DNA of 57,044 nucleotides from Archangiaceae bacterium (GTDB lineage: Bacteria > Myxococcota > Myxococcia > Myxococcales > Myxococcaceae), in NCBI GenBank assembly GCA_043750125.1, contig JAYVCD010000415.1, positions 1-57,044 of the forward strand. Direction: 5' to 3'. Below are positions 37,439 through 46,723 of the stretch, in pieces. A program made the translations under genes and the position numbers. Position 1 is the stretch's first letter. Each line of letters starts with the position of its first letter. The notes beneath the pieces are model-generated. The model searched no databases. It worked only from the letters and a program-made list of their open reading frames with translations, and was not told the DNA's origin.

Positions 37439-39924
37439 CGGCGCTGCTGTTCGCAACACTCGCCGCAACCGAAGGGCCGGGAGTGAATCAGTTCCTCAGC
37501 GCCGCCCGGGCTCCGTCGGAAATCATTCTCGACGGGAAGGTCGATGAAGCCGCCTGGCACACCGCTCCGGTCTTCGATGGCTTTCTGCAGACGTTTCCCG
37601 ACGCGAACAAGCCCCCCAGCGAGCGCACCGAGCTGCGGGTGCTCTTCGACGACGCGTACTTGTACGTCTCGTTCGTCTGCTTCGATTCCAGGCCCGAGAC
37701 GCTGCTGGCGAGCCTCTCGCGCCGCGACGACATTCCCGGTTCGGACCTGGTCGGAATCGCGATCGACACCCGGCACGACCATCGGTCGGCGTTCGTCTTC
37801 CGGGTCAACGCCGGTGGAGTGCTGCTCGATGGGGTGATGACTCAAGACACCCAGTTCACCAACACCTGGGATGCCGTCTGGGATGCCAGGGTGGCGCGCC
37901 GGCCCGACGGTTGGTCGGCTGAAATGAAGATTCCGCTCAACGCCCTGCCCGGCTCGACCAGCGATCTTCCCACCTGGGGCTTCTTTGCCCGGCGAGACAT
38001 CGCGCGGACCCACGAGACGATTACCTCGGTGGTGATTCCGCGCAACGCCAACGCGATCGTTTCCCGTTACGGCCACCTGCGGGGCGTCGCGCAGAAGCCA
38101 GGAATCTCGGTGCAGTGGGTCCCCTACGCCGCGGCCCGGCTCGTGCTCACCCCAGAAGTCGAGGGCCAGAGCGAGCCCCGGGTGATGCGGCCCTCGGCCG
38201 ATGTGGGCTTCGACTTGACCGCGCAGCTCACTCGGGAAACGCAGCTCAACGCGACCTTCAACCCCGACTTCGGCCAGCTCGAAGCAGATCGCATTGCGCA
38301 GAACCTCTCGAACACCGAGCTGTTCTTTCCCGAACGGCGACCCTTCTTCACCCAGGGGCTCGATGTCTTCTTGCCGGTCGGTGCGCAGAACGGGCGCTCG
38401 CCTCACACTTTGTTTTACCCGCGCCGCATCGGGCTCGACACCCCGATTTTTCTCGCCGGAAAATTTACCGGCACGGTCGGGTCCACCCAGGTGGGGCTGC
38501 TCGATGCGGTGGTGAGCGGACCCTGGGTCCCGCTGCAGCCCGGCGGGAAGAAGAGCCGGGAGTTCGGCTTTCACCTCGAGCGTCCCCTTCACTTCGGACT
38601 CAACGATGAGCTTCCCGACCAGCCGGTCACCACCACCAATTACCTCGCCGCGGTGGTGCGGCTTCAGGCCAGCAAGAACGCGACCTATGGGGCGATGGTC
38701 ACCTCGGTTGTTCCGGTGGCGACTGGATGCCCGGCGGGAAGGGCCTGCGATCCTTCGGGAGGCAACGCAGGGGCTCTCGACTGGAACTTCAAAAGCGATT
38801 CAGGCGACTGGAACCTGCTCGGCCAGCTCGAGGGCTCGGTGGTCACCGGCCCGGCCGAACGCACCTTGCGCGATGGGGTCTTGCTGCGCGCGTACGACAT
38901 GGGCTGGGGCTTCTACGCCCGCGGCGGAAAAGTGGGCGGAGAGCCGTTCCGGTTTCGAGTCGACGTGGAGTACGCGTCCCCGACGCTCGAGCTGAACCAG
39001 ATTGGCTACCTGCAAAACCAGAACTTCATGCGCGGCCAGGTGTACGCGAGCTGGGTGAAGACCGGGCGGGAAGGGTTGTTCAGCGAGCTCTACCTGACCC
39101 TGGGCACCAACCACTACGCGTCCACCGATGGCCGGGACGTCTACCGGGGGGGCGGGGTGTGGCTCAACCTCGAGTCGATGCTCTCGACCTTCGACTTTGT
39201 CGGCTGCAACGCCGACATCGAGCTTCCCCGGTACGACATTCGAGAAGTCGGCTCGACCGGCATTCCGTTCGGCCGGGGTCCGGCATTTTACTTCGACTGT
39301 TACGCCGAGACCGACGCGACCCGTACGGTGCAGGTCGTCGGCGACCTCAGCTACGGCTACAACTTTCCCTATGGGCTGTTCGCCGGGAATCCCGGCTACG
39401 GGGGCGAGGTGACCGGCCGGTTTCGATTTCACCCCCGGGTGCTGACCGAGCTCGTCGTCGGGCTGGACTACACCCCCCACGGGCCGCGCTACATCGAGAG
39501 CATCAGCGCGGAGCAGTTTCGGTTCGGTGAGCTCCATTCCCGCTTCCTCTCGCTGACCCTGCGCCAACAATTCGTGCTGACGCCGCGGCTTACTCTGCAG
39601 GCCTGGGGGCAGCTGTTCACCGACTCGCAGTACGCGCTTCGATTCTTCAACGGGTCTTCGACGGGCCAGCAGCCAATCAACGGCGCCGACCTGGACCCGG
39701 TGCTTGGGCCGCCGAAGATCGAACGCAGCAGCGCGCTCAACTTCAACGTGGTGCTTCGATGGGAATACCTGCCGGGCTCGACGCTCTACGCGGTCTACGC
39801 GCGCTACCAGCAAGGGGCGCCGACCCAGGACGTGCAGGGCCTGGCCGCGCTGCTTCCCGACAACCTCTTCGCGGGCCCGGCGACCGACTCGGTGCTGATC
39901 AAATGGTCGTACTGGTGGGGTTGA
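37432..39924 (+). CDS. DUF5916 outer-membrane barrel protein with N-terminal CBM9-like domain
   Basis: LDGKVDEAAW, GWSAEMKIP, NPDFGQLEAD, ELFFPERRPFF, VLRWEYLPGSTLYAVY, C-terminal KWSYWW; start overlaps the osc stop. Confidence 0.85.
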   Translation: MLTALLFATLAATEGPGVNQFLSAARAPSEIILDGKVDEAAWHTAPVFDGFLQTFPDANKPPSERTELRVLFDDAYLYVSFVCFDSRPETLLASLSRRDDIPGSDLVGIAIDTRHDHRSAFVFRVNAGGVLLDGVMTQDTQFTNTWDAVWDARVARRPDGWSAEMKIPLNALPGSTSDLPTWGFFARRDIARTHETITSVVIPRNANAIVSRYGHLRGVAQKPGISVQWVPYAAARLVLTPEVEGQSEPRVMRPSADVGFDLTAQLTRETQLNATFNPDFGQLEADRIAQNLSNTELFFPERRPFFTQGLDVFLPVGAQNGRSPHTLFYPRRIGLDTPIFLAGKFTGTVGSTQVGLLDAVVSGPWVPLQPGGKKSREFGFHLERPLHFGLNDELPDQPVTTTNYLAAVVRLQASKNATYGAMVTSVVPVATGCPAGRACDPSGGNAGALDWNFKSDSGDWNLLGQLEGSVVTGPAERTLRDGVLLRAYDMGWGFYARGGKVGGEPFRFRVDVEYASPTLELNQIGYLQNQNFMRGQVYASWVKTGREGLFSELYLTLGTNHYASTDGRDVYRGGGVWLNLESMLSTFDFVGCNADIELPRYDIREVGSTGIPFGRGPAFYFDCYAETDATRTVQVVGDLSYGYNFPYGLFAGNPGYGGEVTGRFRFHPRVLTELVVGLDYTPHGPRYIESISAEQFRFGELHSRFLSLTLRQQFVLTPRLTLQAWGQLFTDSQYALRFFNGSSTGQQPINGADLDPVLGPPKIERSSALNFNVVLRWEYLPGSTLYAVYARYQQGAPTQDVQGLAALLPDNLFAGPATDSVLIKWSYWWG

Positions 39925-40018
39925 CCGGAGGTCTCGTCGCGCCACCGCGACATTTGACCGACCGCGACTTGACCCGATGTACGCCTTGGCCTACCTCGTG
40001 CCGCTCCACAGGGGTTCC

Positions 40019-41221
40019 ATGAGCAAACACATCCGTCCCATTCTCGTCGTTCTCGCCCTGCTGATGACCGCCTGTGGCGCTCCGGCTCCTGCCATCGAGG
40101 TGGCCGACGCGGCCGTCCTGGATGTTCCGGACGCGGGCGTGGTGCCGGACGCTGGGCAACCCGATGCGGGACAGCTCGATGCAGGTCTCCCCGATGCGGG
40201 TCAGCCTGGCGGAATTCCGGTGCTGGGCAACGGCGCGCATAATCTGAACTCGGTCGCTTACAGCCTGGTGGCAGGTCCTGCCGACGGGCTGAATCAACCG
40301 CGGGACGTGGCGATCAACCCCGCCTCACCCACCGACGTGTGGATCGTCAACTACGCCGACAACTCGATGGTGATTGTGCGCGGGCTGGGCACGGCCCAAC
40401 AGACGAAGGTCAAAAAGAGCGGTTTGGGCAGCGTGCACTTCATGCCCCGGCCGTCAGCCCTGGCCTTCGGAGCCACCAATCGCATGGCGACCGCGCATGA
40501 AGAAGATCGCGTGACAGAAGGCGGCGGTACTCCGGCCGACTTCATGGGGCCCTCGCTCTGGCCCACCGACGCCACCTTCGAAGGCGGCCACGCCTCGCAC
40601 ATGGACATGCTCCACAACAGTCCCAACGCGGTGGGCATCGCGTGGGACCGCGCGAACATCTACTGGGTCTTCGACGGGTACCACAACGCGATCACCCGCT
40701 ACGACTTCGCGACCGACCACGGGCCCGCGGGTGCGGATCACAGCGATGGAATCATCTCTCGCTTCGTGCAGGGCGAGGTCTCGTACCTCAAGGGAATCTC
40801 GTCTGGCCTGGAGCTTGATCAAACCTCCAAGCTTCTCTACATCGCCGACACCGGCAATCGCCGCATCGCGGTGATGAACACCACGGCGGTCACCACTGGC
40901 GCCCCGCTGGCCCCCAACTACGACGGGGCCACCCAGCAGAAGATGACGGGGATGACGCTGACCACCCTGGTCGACGCTTCGACCAGCCCGCTGCGTCGGC
41001 CGTCGGGCCTCGCCCTGCGCAACGGCATCCTCTACGTCGGCGACAACGAGACGTCCCAGGTGCTCGCCTTCGACCTCACCGGGAAGCTCATCGACTGGCT
41101 CGACCTCTCGCCAATCGTCAAGCCGGGCGGGCTGATGGGCCTCGACTTCGACCCCCAGGGTCGGCTCTACGCCGTCGACGCGGTCGATTTCCGGGTGATC
41201 CAGATCTCGTCCCGGCCGTAA
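40019..41221 (+). CDS. Beta-propeller (NHL-like) lipoprotein
   Basis: Lipobox MTAC, DAG repeats, PRDVAINP, LYIADTGNRRI, RPSGLAL, GRLYAVD; DMLHNSP motif. Confidence 0.78.
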   Translation: MSKHIRPILVVLALLMTACGAPAPAIEVADAAVLDVPDAGVVPDAGQPDAGQLDAGLPDAGQPGGIPVLGNGAHNLNSVAYSLVAGPADGLNQPRDVAINPASPTDVWIVNYADNSMVIVRGLGTAQQTKVKKSGLGSVHFMPRPSALAFGATNRMATAHEEDRVTEGGGTPADFMGPSLWPTDATFEGGHASHMDMLHNSPNAVGIAWDRANIYWVFDGYHNAITRYDFATDHGPAGADHSDGIISRFVQGEVSYLKGISSGLELDQTSKLLYIADTGNRRIAVMNTTAVTTGAPLAPNYDGATQQKMTGMTLTTLVDASTSPLRRPSGLALRNGILYVGDNETSQVLAFDLTGKLIDWLDLSPIVKPGGLMGLDFDPQGRLYAVDAVDFRVIQISSRP

Positions 41222-41269
41222 CCCACAGAAAGGGTAGCCACCCGGCGCGCGACCGCTAGATTGCGCCGC

Positions 41270-42805
41270 GTGTCAGAACTGGCCAAGCCGTCTTCGGACA
41301 TCCTCGTTGCCGTTCGAAACCTCGCGAAGCTGGGCAGTTCGCTGGGGCTGACGTTGGTGATCGGTTTCGTGATTCGTCCCCTGCTGCGCCGATGGCTGGG
41401 GCCCGATTCGTTCGGCCCGCTCGACGCCGCCGACGGCTTCACCGCGGTGAGCTTCATCGCGCTGACCCTGGGAGTCGATTCCTACATCTTCAAAGAGATT
41501 CCCCTTCGGCCCAAACACGCGAACGACTTCTTCGCTTCGGTGCTGCTCACCCGGTTGGCGCTGTGCGTTCCCATCTTCGCGGTGATGCAAGGGGTGATGA
41601 TCGCCACCCATCGGCCGCCGCTGCTCCAGTGGCTGGTCTGGGTGCTGGGCCTGACCCAGTTCATGATCGCGTTGGCCTCGACGCTGGGCTCGCTGCTGCA
41701 GGCGAACACCACGGTCGATGGGTTGTCGGCGGTCAACGTCTTCTCGAAGGTGCTGTGGGCCGCGGTGGCCCTGGGCGGAGTTGCACTGGGCTACGGAATC
41801 AAGGCCGTCGCGCTGGCGCTGCTGTTTTCTGAAACCATCAAGGCCGCGTTGTCCTGGTCGCTGTGCCGCAAGCACCTGGACCTCTCGCTGGCCACCTTCG
41901 GCTGGAGACCCGCGAAGGTGATCGTCCTCGCCTCGCTGCCCTTCTACCTGAACACCGTTTTCCACACCGTCTACAACAAGGTCGACGTCTTCCTGCTCTC
42001 GGTCATCGCGGGCGACAGGCTGGGCGTGCGGGCCGGAGACGAAGAGACTGGCTGGTACGGAGCCGCGTCGGCGCTGGGCGGAATGTCGATGCTGCTGGTG
42101 CCGCTGCTGTTCGGAGTGATGATGCCGCTGCTCGCCCGCGCGCGCGAGAAGGACCCGGAAGAATACAACCGGCTGATCAAGCGCTCGCTCGAGCTGATTC
42201 TCACCGTCGCGATTCCGATCACGCTCGCGCTGGGCATTGGCGCCGACGTGGGAATCGGGCTGTTGTTCGGGCACGCCTACGCTCCGGCCAGCCTCGCGCT
42301 GCGGCTGCTGGCCCCGGTCTACCTGTTCATCTACGTCAGCATCATCAGCGGAGTGGTGTTGCTGCTCGAGAACTACGCCTGGACCCTGGCGATCATCTCG
42401 GCGTGTGCCCTGGTGTTGAACCTGATCGCCAACCTGCTGCTGATTGGGCCGGCGCTGCAATGGTACGGGCCTTCCGCCGGAGGCGTGGCGTGCGCGGCGA
42501 TTCAGATTCTGACCGAGGCCGCCGTCGCCACGACGATGGTGGTGATGATGGGCCGGCGCAGCTTCGACGCACGCTCGGTGAAGATGCTGCTGAAGACCGC
42601 CGCGGTCTGCGCCGCCGTGATCGGGCTCGATTGGATGTTGCGCCGACAGGCCCCGGGAATTCCGGGACTGGTGCGGATGACGATCAACGGCTGCGCCTAC
42701 GCCGCGGGAGTCGTGCTCAGCCGGGCGGTCAACGTGCGCGAGATGTTCGAGTTTGGAAAGCAGGCCTTCAAATCAAAGGCCGCCGAGCCGGTCGTCGCGG
42801 GCTGA
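41270..42805 (+). CDS. Wzx-like polysaccharide flippase (MOP superfamily)
   Basis: Multi-TM protein; RWLGPDSFG, VYNKVDVFLLS, GWYGAA. Confidence 0.85.
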   Translation: MSELAKPSSDILVAVRNLAKLGSSLGLTLVIGFVIRPLLRRWLGPDSFGPLDAADGFTAVSFIALTLGVDSYIFKEIPLRPKHANDFFASVLLTRLALCVPIFAVMQGVMIATHRPPLLQWLVWVLGLTQFMIALASTLGSLLQANTTVDGLSAVNVFSKVLWAAVALGGVALGYGIKAVALALLFSETIKAALSWSLCRKHLDLSLATFGWRPAKVIVLASLPFYLNTVFHTVYNKVDVFLLSVIAGDRLGVRAGDEETGWYGAASALGGMSMLLVPLLFGVMMPLLARAREKDPEEYNRLIKRSLELILTVAIPITLALGIGADVGIGLLFGHAYAPASLALRLLAPVYLFIYVSIISGVVLLLENYAWTLAIISACALVLNLIANLLLIGPALQWYGPSAGGVACAAIQILTEAAVATTMVVMMGRRSFDARSVKMLLKTAAVCAAVIGLDWMLRRQAPGIPGLVRMTINGCAYAAGVVLSRAVNVREMFEFGKQAFKSKAAEPVVAG

Positions 42806-42809
42806 AGCG

Positions 42810-43278
42810 TCAGATGGCAGCGCGAGCGCGGGCCAGGTACATCTCGCGTTCCGCCAGGCCGTTGTACCCGCCGTTGATCCGGTGGGTGATTTCGCGGAAG
42901 TTGCCCGAGTCGGCCAGGGCGTTGAGGCCGTGCGACTTCCAGAAGTAGGCGGCGATGCGGAAGCCGACTTCGGGGCGGGCCGCGATCGACGGGTTGTTTT
43001 CGAGATCGAGGCCCAGGGCCTTGCCGACCGAACGGCAGTTCGCGCGGCCGGTGAGTTGAATGGGTCCGCGGCCCTTGTCACGCGTTCCGTCGCCCGGCTG
43101 GGTGAGAACCGCGGCGGGGACTCGAATCAAACCCGTCCCCCGGGACCTTCAGTCAGGCGCCGGCGTAGATCAGGTCGACGTTCTTGATCCCGTTGGCCTT
43201 GGCGAGGGCTTTGACCGTGGTCTTGAAGCGCACCGCGAGCGTGCTGAGGTTGTCGCCACGACGGATCAGGTAGGACAT
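42810..43278 (-). pseudogene. LysM + GH19 lysozyme/chitinase remnant
   Basis: ATG 43278 gives LysM MSYLIRRGDNLSTLAVRFKTTVKALAKANGIKNVDLIYAGA*LKVP (TGA at 43153-43155). A different frame carries the GH19 C-terminus (KGRGPIQLTGRAN, AAYFW, ITHRINGGYNGL). The middle is deleted. Confidence 0.82.
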
Positions 43279-43284
43279 GAGGGG

Positions 43285-43717
43285 TTATCGTAGAGTGTTG
43301 AAGGGCCACACCTGGTCGTTGATCGAGAAGGCCACGCCGGCAGCAGTCTCAACCTCTTTGAGCACGAATTTTCGAACCGGGGTGGCGGCGGTGACCGGGA
43401 GCACCGGCAAGTCTCTCCAGGTCGTCGGCAACGAGAGGGGAGCTGTGGCGCGGGCAGGCCCGAGCACCACGTTCATCAGCGTTGGCGCTGTTGACCAGCC
43501 GCCACCGTTCGCGTGAGCCCGCCGCCACGGTCAGCGAAGGCAGCTTTCGGCCATTGACCAACAGCACATTGCCCTGCCGGCCGAGCATGACGTCGAGGTT
43601 GTCGGTCTGAGTCGAGAGCTGACCGTCGGCGCTGACCTTCACCTCGTCGAGCACCAGGTAGCGGTCAGCCGCGACATCGACCGGCGCCGTGGGCCCCGCA
43701 TGAACAGCACAGTCCAA
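43285..43717 (-). pseudogene. Multicopper oxidase remnant
   Basis: Fragments GRQGNVLLVNG...ERWRLVNSAN and FVLKE...FSINDQVWP in different frames; Cu-ligand His motifs absent. Confidence 0.7.
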
Positions 43718-43741
43718 TCACTACTGCGCCAAGCCGTCGCA

Positions 43742-44130
43742 TCAGTTGTTGGGAGCGCCCTGCTGAATCCAGGTCTCGAGCTTCTTCACCGCGACTGCGT
43801 CCAGCACCGCCCCGAGAGGCATCTTGGCCAGCGGGACTCCTGGTGACTTGGGGGTGATGTATTTTTTGCGCGTGGGCTCACACAACCACGAATCGAGCAC
43901 AGTCAGCCGCTGCCACAACGTGCGATCCGGACACCCCGTCGCGGCCTGGGTGTTGGGATCTTTCGAGCCCAGCGCCACATTTTACAATGACAGCCATCCT
44001 CGGCAACCCCCGGCGGTCGTCGGGCCGTAAGCGATTCGGGAGTGGCAGTTGTTGTCTCCGGCACCGCACGACTGGTTGAAGATCGGCACGATGTGCTGTT
44101 GAAAAAATAGCCACCGTCGGGCAAAGACGT
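43742..44130 (-). pseudogene. Remnant of a myxobacterial lipoprotein/cytochrome-c-like gene
   Basis: FQQHIVPIFNQSCGAGDNNCH...GWLSL* followed in frame by ...KMPLG...KLETWIQQGAPNN; internal stop and no start. Confidence 0.6.
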
Positions 44131-44189
44131 AGCCGAGCCGCCACCGACGCCGGTTCCCCCATCTGTTCCCTGGGCACGAACCAAAGCTC

Positions 44190-44330
44190 TCGCCAGCTTC
44201 ACCTCGTGGGGGACGAGGTGGCCATCGTGTTGTCGGGCATGAACGACTGCTTTCTCGCCGACGACCAGGTCGCTGAAGGTGAGGCCCGCGTCTCCGCGCG
44301 TGAACTCAGTCTTGTCGTGGGGTGCGCGCT
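44190..44330 (-). pseudogene. DUF5666-like fragment
   Basis: KTEFTRGDAGLTFSDLVVGEKAVVHARQHDGHLVPHEVKL resembles a DUF5666 OB-fold segment; no start. Confidence 0.45.
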
Positions 44331-44343
44331 CGAATGCCTCCCG

Positions 44344-44589
44344 ATGACCACGCTGGAAATTCCCGTGGCCGGCTTGCCGCGGGCAGAGGTCGTCAGCAAC
44401 TGGAATGCACCCCGCTCGGGCGGGTGTCGGCACCAGGGTGTCGATCTCTTCGCGAGCCGAGGGACGAGCGTGGTCTCGGCAACCGGCAACGCACACACCA
44501 CGCCCCCGCACCTGCACTTTGGCGTCTACCGGGTCGGCCTCTGGCGCACCCGGGCGGTCGACCCCGTGCCGCTGCTGCTCAACGAGTGA
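44344..44589 (+). pseudogene. M23 peptidase remnant with internal deletion
   Basis: RHQGVDLFASRGTSVVSAT joined directly to GNAHTTPPHLHFGVY; the central YAHL/GYVG region is absent. Confidence 0.75.
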
Positions 44590-45958
44590 TCGCCGAACGC
44601 ACCGCCTCGAACAACTTGTCGGCAGGGCCGCTGGCTTCGAACACCACGACTCCCGCGGGCGAGAGGACCCGCACCCGCGGCAACAGGTCGACGCCGGGAA
44701 GCTCCTGCCTGGCGATCGGCGAGTCGAAGTCGACGATGTTCACCCGACGAACCGCGAGATTTTCTTGCCTCCCCGTCAGCTCGCGCAGCTTCGCGTCGAG
44801 GCCGATGCAGGCCTCACACCACGGCGCCCAGAAGTCGATCACTGTCCATTTTCCGGGGACCCCGGCCAAAGGCACCGCCTCGCCCTGGGTGACCAGCTCG
44901 AGCACGTCGCCCGCTGGAACCGTGGACCCTGACTCTTCGTGCATTCCCGATTCGAGGTGAAACAGCCGCCCAATCGAGAACTGGAGCACCACCGGCAAGT
45001 CCAGCTGCGCCCCGACCACCTGTCCCCAGACGTGGGCATTCACTTCGACCGACGCGCTCCAGTCGTCTGCAAAAGGGAAAGTGGCCCCGGCTCCGACGAA
45101 GAGATCCGTGCGGCCCTGATTGCCGTCGTCGGTGCGCACCCGCCCGTCCCATCGCTCGGCGAACTCGTGGGCGAGCGTGACCGAGACGCGTGCCGAAGGC
45201 TTTCCTCCCGCGGGAGTCGACGACGCGACCAGCCCACCGAGCAGCTGGGCCCCCGCCTGGTAGCCGTACCGACCCCGGTAGAGCGGCGCATGTCCAAAGC
45301 CAAAGGCCGCCAACGACCAGGGCCCAAAGCCGTACGTCGCATCCACCCCGAGCAGCGGGTCGAAGGTGCCCGTCCCGAACTGAAAGTGCTGATGCACTTT
45401 GCCCTGGTCCCCCAGTTGGTACGGGTTCTCGACGATGTTTCCCAAGGGCAGCGAGAGCCCCAGCCGCCCTCCCAACAACAGGTTTCCAAACGACAGCCCC
45501 GAATGGGCGAACACCTGCGCATCGCCCAGGCCCACCAGCGTCGCGTTGGGGTGGTGAATGTTCTGGTAGTCGAGGGTCTTCGGGGTGCCGTTCAAATCGC
45601 TGTAGGTGGTGAGGCTGTTGGCGAGGCGAAGGGGCAGCACCGCTTGGATCGCCAGCTTTTCAAACAGCCCGTACTCGGCCAACACCCGCAACTCGAAGAG
45701 CCACAGCGCGGTGTGGTGCTGCTGCGGGGGCTCGTCGCGTTGAGCGCAGATGGGGCCGATTTCAGGGCACGACTCATCGTGCGTCGAGTCCGCATGCGAG
45801 CCGGTCAGCGAAGCGTCCAACCGAAGGTGGTGCGGGCTGACCGTTGCGGACTGTGCGCCCCCGACCGGGAGCGTGGGATTGCTTCACCCTGCTCAACCCC
45901 CGGCTTCCGCTGCGGCCGAGGCGAAGAGTGCGAGACCCAATGCAAGAGCGCGTTTCAC
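44579..45958 (-). CDS. Candidate selenoprotein: signal peptide, UxxU motif, His-rich outer-membrane barrel-like domain, C-terminal thioredoxin (WCEAC)
   Basis: GTG 45958 gives MKRALALGLALFASAAAEA-GG*AG*SNPTLP..., in frame with ORF 44579..45820; TGA at 45893-45895 and 45884-45886; downstream SECIS-like hairpin; NIHHPNATLVGLGD; DFWAPWCEAC. Confidence 0.75.
45856..45873 (-). promoter_or_regulatory. Bacterial SECIS-like stem-loop
   Basis: mRNA CGCUCCC-GGUC-GGGGGCG: 7-bp stem, loop starting with G; the stem begins 10 nt after the second UGA. Confidence 0.65.
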
Positions 45959-46033
45959 AGGGGCCGTCGTAGTGCAGAAAAGCCATGCCCGTCGACTGCG
46001 AACGACCAGAGGTCACTCGGTGCGCGGGTCGAG

Positions 46034-46717
46034 GTGCAGCGTGCCGGGCTCGCCGCGGACCTTCCGGCCAGCTGGAAAGCGGCGCTCGCAGACGAGACGT
46101 CGAAGCCGTATTTCAAGGCCCTCGACGCATTCGTCACGTCCGAGCGGGCGACCCACACCGTCTTTCCCCCCAAAGCGCTGACCTTCGCTGCGCTCGCCCA
46201 TACGCCGCTCGAAAAGGTGCGGGTGGTGGTGATCGGCCAGGACCCCTACCCCACGGCGGGCAACGCCAACGGGCTCGCGTTCTCGGTCAACCCGGACAAG
46301 AAGGTCCCCGGCTCTCTGAAGAACATCTACACCGTGCTCGGGAAGGACGTGGGCACGACCCCTCCGACCCACGGAAATCTAGAGCAGTGGGCAGACCAGG
46401 GCGTGCTGCTGCTGAACACGGTGTTGACGGTGCGCGAAGGCGAGCCCAATTCCCACCACGGCAAGGGGTGGGAGGATTTCACCGGGGCGATCTTGAAGAA
46501 GATCAACGAATCGGATCAGCCGGTCGTGTTCCTGCTGCTTGGAGCCCAGGCCCAGAAGATGGCCTCGATGATCGACTTGTCGAAGCACTCGGTCGCGATC
46601 GCTCCGCACCCCTCGCCGATGAACACCACCCGCTTCCTCAAGAGCCGCCCGTTCTCTGCGGTCAATGCGGCGCTGGAAGCCAAGGGCCGCGGTTCGATCG
46701 ACTGGCAGCTTCGCTAG
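46034..46717 (+). CDS. ung: Uracil-DNA glycosylase (family 1)
   Basis: GQDPYP, GLAFSV, QGVLLLNTVLTV, SHHGKGWE, HPSP; start estimated. Confidence 0.95.
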   Translation: MQRAGLAADLPASWKAALADETSKPYFKALDAFVTSERATHTVFPPKALTFAALAHTPLEKVRVVVIGQDPYPTAGNANGLAFSVNPDKKVPGSLKNIYTVLGKDVGTTPPTHGNLEQWADQGVLLLNTVLTVREGEPNSHHGKGWEDFTGAILKKINESDQPVVFLLLGAQAQKMASMIDLSKHSVAIAPHPSPMNTTRFLKSRPFSAVNAALEAKGRGSIDWQLR

Positions 46718-46723
46718 AGAAGG

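Noticed and set aside
43153-43155. In-frame TGA in the LysM domain as a possible selenocysteine
   Set aside because: The position is not a Cys site in LysM (likely CGA to TGA), and the gene is also frameshifted and deleted.
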